NCBI GenBank assembly: GCA_025786725.1
Contig: JAHLTZ010000038.1
Coordinates: 123,397 to 187,396 of the forward strand
Source of the DNA: Syncephalis fuscata S228
Taxonomy: Eukaryota > Fungi > Zoopagomycota
DNA length: 64,000 nucleotides
Direction of reading: 5' to 3'
Shown: positions 26,511-38,792 of the stretch, one piece after another
Numbering within the stretch: position 1 is the first letter of the stretch
How the letters are laid out: every line of letters starts with the position of its first letter
The notes under the pieces: generated by a model
What the model was told of the DNA's origin: nothing
Seen by the model: only the letters and a program-made list of their open reading frames with translations
The model's database searches: none
Made by a program: the position numbers and the translations under genes

Positions 26511-27628
26511 GACAATAAATAGAATCGCTTATACATAAAACTGGATTTCGGATTAATCTAGCCCCTATTAAGCCCATTCTCAGCGCACAATTTTATAACA
26601 ATGCATTATGTATCATACAATGTGTTGCATGTCATGTATTATCCAGTAGAACTGGGCAACGACGTAACAATCCAGCTTCATGCAGCAAAACAAAGAGGTC
26701 TAGACGGCGCCACATGGTTTGACATTGGCCGCATTTGAGTTTTTTATTCGTAGACACAGTAAAAAAAGGAAGAAACAAAACTACCAATAAGCAATAGGAG
26801 TATCGGTGCTAACGACAATGCCACGTTACGAGCCTTTTGTTTCCTTGAATAGTTCGCCTATAGCTGCCATTGCTATACTTAGAATAAAAAACATTTAGCT
26901 ATTATCCTGTTAAACACAGTTTAGCACGTTTTCCAACTACTCTATTGATGATTTGATGAGTAATTGTTGGATATTGAAATTCAAGGGACAGTTTAAAAGC
27001 AATCGTTGCTAGTTCTAGAGCACCTTCAAACAACAACTTAATTGAGCCGCATTAGCTGAGGCGACTTGATATAAACACATAGGCGAATTTAAAACAATCA
27101 AGCTTGCTGTGATTGGTGACATGGATAGCGGTGAAGCCTAGAAGAATGGCAGACATTAGAATACTACGTTTACTAGCCATCACTGTAAGGATGTAGCAGA
27201 AAGGCGACGTTTCACGCCCTGCTTTTAGGTCACACGAAAAGTCGTGAACACAATGTATCGCCTATTGTCTTGCGAAGCAGTATGAAGACAATAATGACTT
27301 TCTTTGTATGACCCGATTTGATACCCCTTGTCCTATTTTCTGCATGCTAGAGTAGAGCTGTACAATGAAGATTGCGGATTGTTTTTTACGAAAACACCAT
27401 AGGCAAGCCATGCACCGCACGTTATTGTTTAGACAGATGTAATATATAAATGGCGGCCAGTTCTCACCTGAAGTATTGTTCGATATCACATCTTCTACAT
27501 TTCTACAGTAAGACTCACATTTGCGAGCACACGCTGGTCCGTCATATTCAATTACAAATCACTTTAACTACATATCGGATTTAATCGATTTCTTGAATTT
27601 ACAGTTTGAATTATTATCATCCTTCAAA

Positions 27629-29308
27629 ATGAGATCCGCCGCAATTTACCTTTTAATGGCTGCCATTGTTGCCTCATGGAGCGTAGAGGCAATGCCAAGC
27701 TATAGCAGCTCTAATGATGCTCCTAAATCATCCTATGGCACCGTCTCACCTCCCACCAATGGTGGCGGCTATGGTACGCCATCTACTGGTACTCCATCCA
27801 CCGGTACGCCATCTACTGGTACACCATCTACTGGTACTCCAAATGGTGGAAACAAAACACCAAGTACTCCATCAACTAGCGGTGGTTATGGTACGCCATC
27901 TACTGGTACTCCATCAACCGGTACGCCATCCACTGGTACTCCATCCACTGGTACGCCATCTACTGGTACTCCATCAACCGGTACGCCATCCACTGGTACG
28001 CCATCCACTGGTACGCCATCTACTGGTACGCCATCTACTGGTACTCCAAATGGTGGAAACAAGACACCAAGTACTCCATCAACTAATGGCGGCTATGGTA
28101 CGCCATCCACCGGTACGCCATCTACTGGTACTCCATCAACTGGTACTCCATCAACTGGCACTCCATCCACCGGCACTCCATCCACCGGTACGCCATCTAC
28201 TGGTACTCCATCAACTGGCACTCCATCCACTGGCACTCCATCCACCGGTACGCCATCTACTGGTACTCCTAACGGTGGCAGCTCCACCCCAAGCACTCCA
28301 TCAACTAGTGGTGGTTATGGTACGCCATCCACTGGTACGCCATCAACCGGTACGCCATCAACTGGCACTCCATCCACTGGCACTCCTAACGGTGGCAGCT
28401 CCACCCCAAGCACTCCATCAACTGGCACTCCATCAACCGGTACGCCATCGACTGGCACTCCATCAACTGATGGCGGTTATGGCACTCCCTCAACTGGCAT
28501 TCCTAACGGTGGCAGCTCCACCCCAAGTACTCCATCAACTGGTACTCCTAATGTTCCTCACCGCCCACGCAAGTGCCGCCCACGCAAGCACCACGGCAAG
28601 ACCGGTGGCAACCCACCAATTACCACTGTGCCAATTGTACCAACTGTACCAACTGTGCCAACTGTGCCATCCACTGGCACTCCTAACGGTGGTAGCTCCA
28701 CCCCATCGACTGATGGTGGCTATGGTACGCCATCAACCGGTACGCCATCCACTGGTACGCCATCAACTGGCACTCCATCCACTGGCACTCCTAACGGTGG
28801 CAGCTCCACCCCAAGCACTCCATCAACTGGCACTCCATCAACCGGTACGCCATCGACTGGCACTCCATCGACTGATGGTGGTTATGGCACTCCCTCAACT
28901 GGCATTCCTAACGGTGGCAGCTCCACCCCAAGTACTCCATCAACTGGCACTCCATCCACCGGTACTCCATCAACTGGTACTCCATCAACTGGTACTCCAT
29001 CAACTGGTACTCCATCAACTGGTACTCCATCAACTGGTACTCCATCGACTGGCACTCCATCGACTGGTACTCCAAATGGTGGTAGCTACGGAAGCACTCC
29101 ATCAACTGGTACTCCAAATGGTGGCAAACAGAAGGTCCCAACCACCTCTACCACCACTCCAGTTACCTCTACCAGCATTCCATCCACCACAAGCGGTGCT
29201 AGCAAAACTCCATGCTCCTCTGGCAAGTCAAACAGCACACCTGCTACTTCCTCCTCTGCCCAACCACCTAAGCCTTCGGCTACAAGCTACGGCACCAGCC
29301 ATTATTAG
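27629..29308 (+). CDS. Secreted 559-aa Gly/Thr/Pro/Ser repeat protein, (GTPST)n with GGYGTP spacers
   Basis: Signal peptide MRSAAIYLLMAAIVASWSVEA; TATA-like TATATAAA near 27443; 15-bp repeat whose variation falls at synonymous positions in this frame. Confidence 0.9.
   Translation: MRSAAIYLLMAAIVASWSVEAMPSYSSSNDAPKSSYGTVSPPTNGGGYGTPSTGTPSTGTPSTGTPSTGTPNGGNKTPSTPSTSGGYGTPSTGTPSTGTPSTGTPSTGTPSTGTPSTGTPSTGTPSTGTPSTGTPSTGTPNGGNKTPSTPSTNGGYGTPSTGTPSTGTPSTGTPSTGTPSTGTPSTGTPSTGTPSTGTPSTGTPSTGTPSTGTPNGGSSTPSTPSTSGGYGTPSTGTPSTGTPSTGTPSTGTPNGGSSTPSTPSTGTPSTGTPSTGTPSTDGGYGTPSTGIPNGGSSTPSTPSTGTPNVPHRPRKCRPRKHHGKTGGNPPITTVPIVPTVPTVPTVPSTGTPNGGSSTPSTDGGYGTPSTGTPSTGTPSTGTPSTGTPNGGSSTPSTPSTGTPSTGTPSTGTPSTDGGYGTPSTGIPNGGSSTPSTPSTGTPSTGTPSTGTPSTGTPSTGTPSTGTPSTGTPSTGTPSTGTPNGGSYGSTPSTGTPNGGKQKVPTTSTTTPVTSTSIPSTTSGASKTPCSSGKSNSTPATSSSAQPPKPSATSYGTSHY
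27773..29120 (+). repeat. 15-bp coding minisatellite with a higher-order duplication (~405-bp period, about 28310-28545 vs 28715-28950)
   Basis: Direct inspection: GG(T/C)AC(G/T)CCATCNAC(T/C) units. Confidence 0.9.
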
Positions 29309-30428
29309 TTGATCTAATTTACTTACACTCAATGTTAACTATTAAATAAATATGCTAATATTTAAAATATTTATTATGCGCAATTGAACTTGTTTATTAA
29401 CAAATATAAATTTGATAAAGTTACTACGGCAACTAGAATAACGTAAATGGCTCAATATTTCATGTTATTGCGTAGTTATTTAAAATTAAATAAAGCACAA
29501 TTTAAAATACTTAAATTATAGTTGTTTTCATATAAATAAAAAATAACACTTTAAATAAATATAATTTAGTCATATTGTTACTGTTCTATAATTCCGGACA
29601 GGGTCTTGTGAAAGTGTGACCAAGAGATATACCATGTGATTGGATCACCAGTTAAAGTCGCATGTGATCGATCACAAGAATAATATATCTATTGGATATT
29701 AGTACCGATTACTAGTAACTAATACCTATTATGACAATATGACGAGTAGCTACTTGTTAGTTGTGAGCATATGAGCAGTCACTTGAACTAATATGCTGCA
29801 TTAATGATGAAATACTACAAGGCATTCAAGTTCTATTATTAGTTATGTTTACTATATAATGATAGCTTTATTCAATATCAATAAAGGAATAATCAAGTTT
29901 CTAGTCCAATATTATTTCTACTTAGTGTCATACAAGTTGTTCAGTTTATTATAGTTAAACTGTGGTAATTAATGACTAATAAGGAGTAATTTTATTATAA
30001 AAGCAATACAACCAAACAACACATTGTATTCTGAGCATTAAGGTGTTACTTGGTCATCTAAGTTGCAATTTCTAAAACTAGAAGCGTAACAATATTATAA
30101 GTTTTTGACCATGAGAACTAAATAATAGGTATTATTGTATTTAATGGTAACACATTTGAATACAACATTTGATCTTCACAATAAAATGGAATGCGCATAA
30201 CATGTGTTGGCAAACACATGTAGCACTATAAACTATAAATAGCGTATATTTGCGTACAAATATTGAATAACTATAAATAAACTGACCCCAGTCTCCTTGT
30301 ATCAATTTGAAACACTCGACGTCAAAGCTTTGCAGTTACTCTGAAAGTGTTTGTAAAAATTAAATTACTTGGCTTTTGTATTACTCATCTATCGGTGTAT
30401 ATTGTTACAATAAATAATTATGTTTAAT

Positions 30429-31878
30429 ATTGATTCTAGCTTTTATTAAACATGCATTTAAATTCACATATTAAGTTGACATTTATTTGACGGTTTATCA
30501 TTTAATAGAAACATATCCGTTATATTTTTATACTTGATACAATATAAAGCATCATCCAATACAAACAGATTGTTTCACTTTTGTTAGCATGTTATTGGTA
30601 CATTGACCGCATTCGACAAAAAACATCATTTCAAAAATGAAACTATCAATTATTATAGAAACAGTAAACGTAACACCGGCAAATGCATCAAATTTTGTAT
30701 CAAATGTGCTACGTATTTCCATAAAATCAATATTAGCGTAATCAATATAAATACGCGATACAATTGAATTCAAAAGTAATACTTATCATCACCAACAACA
30801 ACAACTTCTCCACTCTTCTACGCTTCAACAAGACAAGGCTGTGCCTTAGATCTACGTACACCTACAACGACAAACTCGACGTTTTCTTTTCAACTCAACA
30901 CTTTCAACTTATAGATAGGCTGGTTTCCTACTCAACATTACAAAAATGACTCGCTTCACATCTGTTCTTGGCATGACTGTGTGCGCTGCTGTGCTCTTTG
31001 CTGTTTCTACAATCTCTAACGTATCAGCTCATGGCTACATGAATTACCCAACGCCTCGTGGTATTCAAAAGTTGTCAACTATGGTTGACGATGTCAAGAA
31101 TCCAAATACTAAGGGCAAGTGCCGTGGTGAGCCTGCTGGCCAAGTTACCAACATATCTGGATCCTCCGTGACTCTGCAATTTACAATCACCGCTCCACAC
31201 ATCGGCCCATGCTCAGTCTATCTGCTTGATGAAAACCTGGGCAACGAACAAAAGATTGCCGACAAGAATGACTGTGCCGCCCCTGGTAAAGTCGGACCAT
31301 GGACTGTCAATCTTCCAGCAGGTGTATCTGGCCGCAAGGTTATTCGCTGGCACTGGAAGGCTTCGCACCTTGCTCCTCAAATTGAAAACTACGAGCAATG
31401 TGCCGACATCATGATCGGTGGTGGCGGTGGTAGCTCCGGCAAATCATCTGCCCCATCTGCAAATTCAGGCTCTTCTTCCAGTGGATCTAAAAAGCGTCCT
31501 AGCGCTCCTTCAGAGGAATCATCTGGACCCCCACCTAGCAAGAAGCAGAAGACTACCCCATCTACAAATTCAGGCTCTTCTTCCGGTAGATCTAGAAAGC
31601 GTCCTAGTGCTCCTTCAAAGGGATCATCTGGACCCCCACCTAGCAAGAAGCAGAAGACTGCCCCGAAGAATTCCGGCGGTAAAAAGTCCAGGAAATAAAG
31701 TAGCAGATAGTGCACTGTTTCTGTACTAGATACAATCCAGTAGATATAACGACTCAGCAACGATTAATTGTAGGATACGCAGTAATGTTTTATGCAAATA
31801 AATTAACACATACGTCATTTCAAAACCATATATTGTGGCCATTTAAATGAGATAATTAACAAAAGTGTGTATTTTTAT
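30429..31878 (+). repeat. Segmental duplication, copy A (copy B at 51096-52541)
   Basis: Near-identical ~1.45 kb covering promoter, CDS and 3' region; weaker similarity extends upstream to about 30215 vs 50883. Confidence 0.95.
30946..31698 (+). CDS. Secreted LPMO-like (His-brace) protein with a Lys/Ser-rich repeat tail, copy 1
   Basis: Signal peptide ends VSA|H, giving an N-terminal His; second His in TAPHIGPC; WxWxAxH...ENYEQCADI; 4 Cys; tail of two 35-aa repeats. Confidence 0.85.
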   Translation: MTRFTSVLGMTVCAAVLFAVSTISNVSAHGYMNYPTPRGIQKLSTMVDDVKNPNTKGKCRGEPAGQVTNISGSSVTLQFTITAPHIGPCSVYLLDENLGNEQKIADKNDCAAPGKVGPWTVNLPAGVSGRKVIRWHWKASHLAPQIENYEQCADIMIGGGGGSSGKSSAPSANSGSSSSGSKKRPSAPSEESSGPPPSKKQKTTPSTNSGSSSGRSRKRPSAPSKGSSGPPPSKKQKTAPKNSGGKKSRK

Positions 31879-32583
31879 TGATACTGAATAAAGCTATTGT
31901 TTTATAACAATATAGCTAATGCTAAAGCTTGAATGTTTGTGTTAAACGTCATTAATAAAGTCTATCAATTTATGTAGCTATGCATATTTTCACAGCTAAC
32001 AAGTATTTTCTAAGCATGTCTTCGTAATAGTTGTTTGTTCGCATGCAATCTCAACATAACATTTAATTACATGGCGTATTTCTTAATTATATTATCATAA
32101 TAACATTGTAATAGCAGCAAGATTGTAACAATGCTTAATCAATGGTTTATCATTGCGTATTGTTTTGTTATTATACATGCACTGAAGCTAGATTTAATAC
32201 CAACTGTTGATGTATTTATTGGCAATAATATATTAACAATAATATTAATTAGCATTAACAACATATGGACATGCATTATAATATCAATACTATTCGATAT
32301 GTAATGAGTATTGATGTGTATTTAATCGTAACCAACAACAACGATATTACTATATATCGTGCGATTACTGCAGCATTATTAATTGTTAATATCATATGTA
32401 CATTAACGCGCGACTCAACAGCTGTATGATGCTTAGCTATATGATTGCTAATAGTGTATCTAATATATACATCTCACTGATGTATATTACTATTGGTTGC
32501 CACTTGTCAATTGAATATTATCATCAAAGCTGCAATTATAATAAGCAGCAGTTGTAAATATATCTACTAATGAACATCATCAT

Positions 32584-32852
32584 TGCCGCTGCTTCGTGTA
32601 TTATTGGATGAGTATACATATGTGTATCAATTGCTTAGCATGATGTTTGTACCATAATGCTGCTTTCCATCATGATATTCTGTTTATTTTATTATAAATA
32701 TTATAAATACGGCCATTTTTAATAAATGTTTTATTATTTAGCATATTTTAGATAGATAACTTTGTTATAGCAAGCATACCAGTAGAGTCTTCAGTAGCTT
32801 TGGCATGTCATTGATTTACTGAAGCATATTACAATTCGTTATATTATGTGTA
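32584..32852. repeat. ~270-bp dispersed repeat (inverted copy at 60504-60773), probable non-autonomous element fragment
   Basis: Reverse complement is near-identical to 60504-60773 (e.g. TTGGCATGTCATTGATTTACTGAAGC / GCTTCAGTAAATCAATGACATGCCAA). Confidence 0.9.
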
Positions 32853-33359
32853 GATGCATCCATATTAGTCACTTTAGTAATAGGAGTAATTTATTCATTG
32901 TTTTATTTACTTGAAGACCATTACACTAGTATTAAACTGTTTATTAACAATTTAATATTATTTGGAAGGCGCGTGACTACATTTAATAATATTCAATTTA
33001 TTGAAAATGAAACTGAATGATAATTAATTAGTGTTCAAAATAACCATTATTCTGTACTCATATATACTTTCATTAAAAGCAATAACAAACATTTATTTTA
33101 TGTACTACATATTTTAAATGTTCATAAATTTCGTTTTTAATTACGTCAACTAATTATATAGCTATTTTCTTTAGCAACTAGCTATTTATCAAATAATTCA
33201 AGGCTCATTTATTATTTACGAACAACCCATCATAACTTTATGCAACTCAATATGCATCGTATTTATAAATCAAATAATAGTAATATCCCTTCATTAATAG
33301 TCACGTAAATGTGTAACCATTTTATTGAAAATAGTCCAATTTAGCCCACAATCTTACAA

Positions 33360-34753
33360 GACCTTTTATGGAACGTGTCGCTTTGTTGTGGTTGATGTTA
33401 TTATGGATACATATCATGATATAAAACCAGTAGAGATTGGCGGACCAATAAGTAAGCAGCACTTGCCAATGCCAATGCTTGTATCAGTCATCTATTAATG
33501 CCAATGAAAATAGCAAATGTAGCCGAGATGGAAGCGCAGTGCATTAGAGAAAATGAATATAAAGTTTTTAATGAGTCAAATGAATACTCTACTAACTCCT
33601 CCATCACCACATCTTCCATTGAACAAAAAGCTACTATGAGATGTGCCTTCTTAGTATGACCCATTACCGGCATTTTACCGCCCAGCGTTATTTATTTTCA
33701 ATCTAGAGATAGTGATTGGAAAAGCTTAGATGGACTTTGTTCACCTGCCATTTCTAATGATTGGATGTCTATAGTGGCTAAATATAAAACTATTCATGTT
33801 ATAAATTTTATTTATTTAATTTAGATATAAGCCAATGGATAGAAGGACCAAAGTATTACGATAATTTTTTAACTGCTTCTATCCGGTTTACTTCTTACTA
33901 CCAATGCCAATTTTTAACGTGGATAATAATAGCCTATTCTGAAAAATATAACGTTTATTCTACAGTCACTACTGCTCTAAACCCGCAGGTTGTTAAAAGT
34001 AGCAATGAAGTAAAGCATCTTTAATGGAAAGTATTTAATGCCCAAAAAAGCTAATCTTAGAAAATTTTATTTGGCGGAATTACAGTTCCATATTGTCCGG
34101 ATGCTGTAATCGAGGTATTGATTTATACGGAAAAGATGTGTTTAGTTATTGTATATGATACAAACACTCGTTCAGAACGCATTCACGACGGAACATTTAG
34201 CACCACATTGTCACCATTTGCACTAGGAGTTTTTATAGAATGATTTAGCACAATCAATATTCGACGCTAGATATTATGCTCAATTGCCACCAATCGACAG
34301 CGCCAATCAAGGACGTCTATTGTAGAACCGCAATATAAGCAGCGATCATGTTACAAACTTATACGGCGATAAATTGATTATCGTTATAAACTATGATTCA
34401 GTTGATACATTAGATGCTCGGGATGGAAATTTATTGCGTTCAATTGTTTGTCCATCCTACTTTTGACTCACTTTTTTATTGGATCATTATGCGGATTGTT
34501 TAGCTTGGAACACACAAACAATTGGTTTGTTGATATGCGCACTGGCCGTATATACAACCCATCAACACGTCTTACCAACAGACAAACTAAAAACGACAAA
34601 GAAAATAAGCCATTAAGCCCCGCTGACACAGCACATTTACTACGATTAAACGAAAATAAAGATTGGAAATTTTTGGAATATAGTTTATTGAATGTTGTTA
34701 TTGGTAAAATTAATGAGAATGGTGCTCGTGCATACGAAACATTTACGTTCTAA
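33360..34753 (+). pseudogene. Fragmented gene remnant of unknown family
   Basis: Short coding-like reading segments broken by stops and frameshifts, ending in ORF 34448-34753 (THFFIGSLCGLF...WFVDMRTGRIY). Confidence 0.3.
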
Positions 34754-35048
34754 AAAATAAACATTGAAAATACACAATATCACCAATACCACATGGTTAA
34801 ACGTTTTCAAAATAATAACTGTTAAGGTATTGGTGAACATTGATATAATCTGGAAATGTAATGTGTAAGAAGATATATATATATATGAACATAGGAATTA
34901 ATGTTTTATCAACGCTGCTTATTGGTAGCCAGTGGTTACCCAACTACTAATACTATTTAATCGATGATTTAATAAAATAAGATAATAGCACACTTGATTC
35001 CGTTACATGAATACTACTAGAATACGTTTTTTACTTTACAAATCATTC

Positions 35049-35321
35049 ATGCATTCTCGACAACAAGCCATTGCGCTGTATCGTGCCGCCTTACGTACTT
35101 GCGATACATTTCCCATACCGTCTCTACGCAGTAAATTAAAATACAATGTTCGCGATTTATTTGATTTATATCGCCATGAAACAGAACCTAAGCGAATTGC
35201 TACACTAATAGAAAATGGCCAAGCAGACTTGCGCGTTTTAACCGATTTTAATCGTATAGATAAACCTACGTTAGAATGCTTATTTAAAAAGCGCGAAGTT
35301 GCCCTACAAACCAGTAAATAG
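35049..35321 (+). CDS. LYR-motif (Complex1_LYR) mitochondrial protein
   Basis: AIALYRAALR...VRDLF...ETEPKRIATLIENG three-helix LYR pattern, 90 aa. Confidence 0.85.
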   Translation: MHSRQQAIALYRAALRTCDTFPIPSLRSKLKYNVRDLFDLYRHETEPKRIATLIENGQADLRVLTDFNRIDKPTLECLFKKREVALQTSK

Positions 35322-35443
35322 CTATATTCAGCTGCTGTTTGTTTCTTTGTAATCATTAGTCCAGCCATTGTTTGTATAGCGTATTTTTATATAAATAAAT
35401 ACTTCTATTAATAGTTTAATAATAAAACTGTCGCATAAATGAT

Positions 35444-38400
35444 TTATTCTACTAAAGTATCCCATTCCTGAGGCGTAGCCGTTTGGATACCAAACCATGT
35501 AGCATAGTCAGCCAAACTCGAGTCATCAGTAACAAGAACGACACTGGCACTTAGGAGGGCGCGTACTTCTGAACTGCTTTGAGGCTTAACGCCTGCCTCT
35601 TGTAAGTACCACAAACAACAACCAAGAATAGGGCGGTGTTGGCGTGGTATCGCTTCCATGCTGCGTGGCCGCGTCGTTGTCGCTGCCGTTGCCAATTGAG
35701 CATAATCAATCACTGGTTCGGCCATGTCACCTATCAGCGTATCTGCATTCTCTGCCGCACCATGCGTAGTGGCATAGATCTCCTTACTAATAGTGGCAAA
35801 TACATCATTCTCCGCCGGGGCATGTTTATTTCCTATAGTGGTAGCCGCTGCATCTGCCGTCTCACTCGAAGCGAGCATAAATGGCTCTGCATCCTGCCAA
35901 TGGTTTAGCTGATGACGTGCATCTTGTGTCAAAATAGCACTATCATGTCGTAGCAAAGCCCGGTCCAGCATACGAATAACATCTCTTGCGGCGGTATTCT
36001 CCTTTTGGCTGCCTTTCTTAAGGTCATCCAGCTGCTCAATGACTAAGTTTAAATCAGTATAGTACATCTAATTCAATGACCACTACATCGCTATGACTTA
36101 CCATTAAGTGGCACCATAACACGACAAAGACGCTGTTGAAACCAACGACGTATCAGCGTTTCATGCCACAACAACACACTGGTATCTACTACGGCGATAC
36201 GCCGTCTACTATCTATATGCATCTCCCCTAGACTGGCTTGTAGACTATTGACCTGATCACGTAACCGTTCTGCAGCCAATGTTTGCATCCAGCGCTCTTT
36301 TTCCTTATTTTACATGATCGTTCGTTATTATTAATCATAGTTGCCTTTATTATATAACTTACTTTAATCCGCTCATTTCTCATTTGTAGTCCAGTTTGTG
36401 GTACCCATTCGACTTCGGTGAATTTCTAATAGCAATATTTGTTAATACACCTATTACGTTATTACTCGTTTAATCCATTAGCATACATTACAAGTAGCAA
36501 ATATTTTTGCCGCATGAAGAATACGTGCTAATCGAGCTTTTGCCAATACTATGGGCGCTTTCCCATACTGTGAAGCATAATCAATCTTGGATTGTATAGC
36601 CCGCAATGGCTGTAATCCCCATAGCATCCAGTCTTCAGGTAAAGCACTGCTATTTACTGGCGAATTATCTGAACTGATATCTACAGCTTTAAGCCATTTA
36701 ACAAGCTCTTGGAAGAACGGTTCAAACTATAATTTAATTAATTAATATTATTAAATACATTTATAGTACATCAACATACCATACTCTTCTGTTGAGTCTG
36801 ATGCCGTGTAGAGGCTGGTTTAGAATGACCAGCCAATTGACCCATCAATTCTGTATGGCTAGTGCAAAAATCACACCAAACAACAATTGAAGCCGTCAAT
36901 GGAGATGTCAGCCAGCGTATAACGACATCTTTTTTATTCTCGGCTGCTTTAGACCATTGTTGTTGCATCCAATCAAGTAACCGGGTCTGTAGTTGAATAA
37001 CGAAATGACACGCCATTTGTTGTGATTGCCGTATATCATTGACCTTATCTAATTCAGTATTAATATTTTAATATTATTACTAACATTATTAGCACTATTT
37101 ACCTTTGGATTTCATTAAATCTTGTTGTAAATACCAGATAGTAGTCAAACATACCGCCGAGATCTTGAATGGTATTTGTTGCTTTAATATATTGTTGTTG
37201 TTGTTGCTACTATTACTATTGCCTCTACCATTGACCAGCCCATCAAGCCATTGATCCAAACAAGGTGTTGCAACATTAGACCAAGCAATCAGGGCCGCAG
37301 CTTTCGTTGAGGTATCCGTATCAATCATCGTACAATGATGTAAAATAAACGATTCGGTAAATGTTGAATTAATACTATATTGATCATTAGTTTACGCTTC
37401 ACACTGGTCTATTCACCTACTCTGTATTACTAGATTCAAAAGTAATCTTATTCTGCTTGAGTTTAGTATAGAATGCATAGAGATTCTCACGTGCATTGAT
37501 TGATGGCTTTAAGGTGGCCAGACTATATTATACCGATATAAGCTACAGACTTGTTTATATACATTTACATTCACTATTACCTGAGACAGTTCCAGTAAAT
37601 GACATCCATCCAATGACCTCGACTATTGGCTACAATTGATAGTTGGCCATAGGCTTTACCTTTCAATACAATCATTACCATTAGACTTCTAGTAAAACCA
37701 TGCTAACCACTCAAATCATCTTACCACGGTCGGGTGCACACCAAGCCGCTTGAGTATACCACGTTTCCACTTCATGCCACATGTATTGAAAGTCATTTGA
37801 AGACAATGCTGTGTTATCTTCAAATAGATCAAGTCGGTAACGTCCTAAATCACCGATATAGATGTAGCATTGCTGTATACAGTTGGCATAACTATCTAGT
37901 CGGTTGTATTTGCGAGTATCTCCTTGTAATCGCTCTATTATCCATATAATTATATAAGCTATCATTTAAATAGACAACTAACATCGTCTTACTTAAACCA
38001 AGCTCGTGTAACGGCACATTCATTTGTCGGCGTACATGCTCAACTAGCCATGCATAAAAACCACTGGCCTCATCCAATAAATCACTTAATTGACTATAAC
38101 AGCTTTTGCCCTTCGATGTCATTGACTCTTGATTACGGCGATACTAATCATCATTTAAATTAACACTAAATAGCCACATTGATGAAATACTTACCCGATG
38201 TACTTTACGACGCAATACTTCAATTCGTCGATAATAAGCATGGTTCCATAAGCGTTCATCAACATTCTCCTGTAAGCTTAGATTGATATCTACCAACAGT
38301 AACTCCTCGGCGGTCTCTAAATAACTATCGTTGAAACGAATAAACAAACGTCATATCCACTCGACTATCTGTTACAAACCTTTGAATTTGATCTTGATAT

Positions 38401-38602
38401 TGTGTTTCAGGAACATCGGAGCGCCCTTCTGGACGGGCAGACACTCCATCTTGTGGCAGTCGGGCTCGCTGATGCGCCTCCTTCACCAATTGCTCCTGTT
38501 GTTGGAATAGTCTACACCGTCATCTCCACAGTTTACAATAGGTTCATAGCATATATGACTATACTAGTACCTTAATAGACGTTGTGACTCCTCAGATGGC
38601 AT
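35444..38602 (-). CDS. SMG5: SMG5-like NMD factor (EST1/TPR domain plus C-terminal PIN domain), about 11 exons
   Basis: VDERLWNHAYY; CYIYIGDLGRYR; WYTQA..APDRG|KAYGQL; ARENL; LPEDWMLWGLQPLR; MQTLAAERLRDQVNSL; PIN motifs VVDTSVL, VIEQLDDLKK...ARDVIRMLD, LVTDD. Confidence 0.75.
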
Positions 38603-38792
38603 GCTATCTACGCCTTTTCATAGCATGTAAATACAAAGATGGTAACAATACTACTACGAATACTACGAATACTAGGACAATTAGGGAATGAAAATAGTTG
38701 GTTTTTACGCATTTAATAAACAGCCAGTGGTCTTTTCTTGAATCTCCACCGTACTTCTTAATTTATTACAAAAATTGCAAACTCTTAAGACT

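Noticed and set aside
27714-29312. 532-aa alternative-frame ORF (HLLVL/HPLVR repeats) and antisense (VPVDG)n ORFs
   Set aside because: Shadows of the 15-bp repeat. Variation is synonymous only in the GTPST frame, which also has the signal peptide.
30552-30949. ORFs conserved upstream of both LPMO copies
   Set aside because: Conserved only because they lie in the duplicated promoter and 5' UTR; non-ATG starts.
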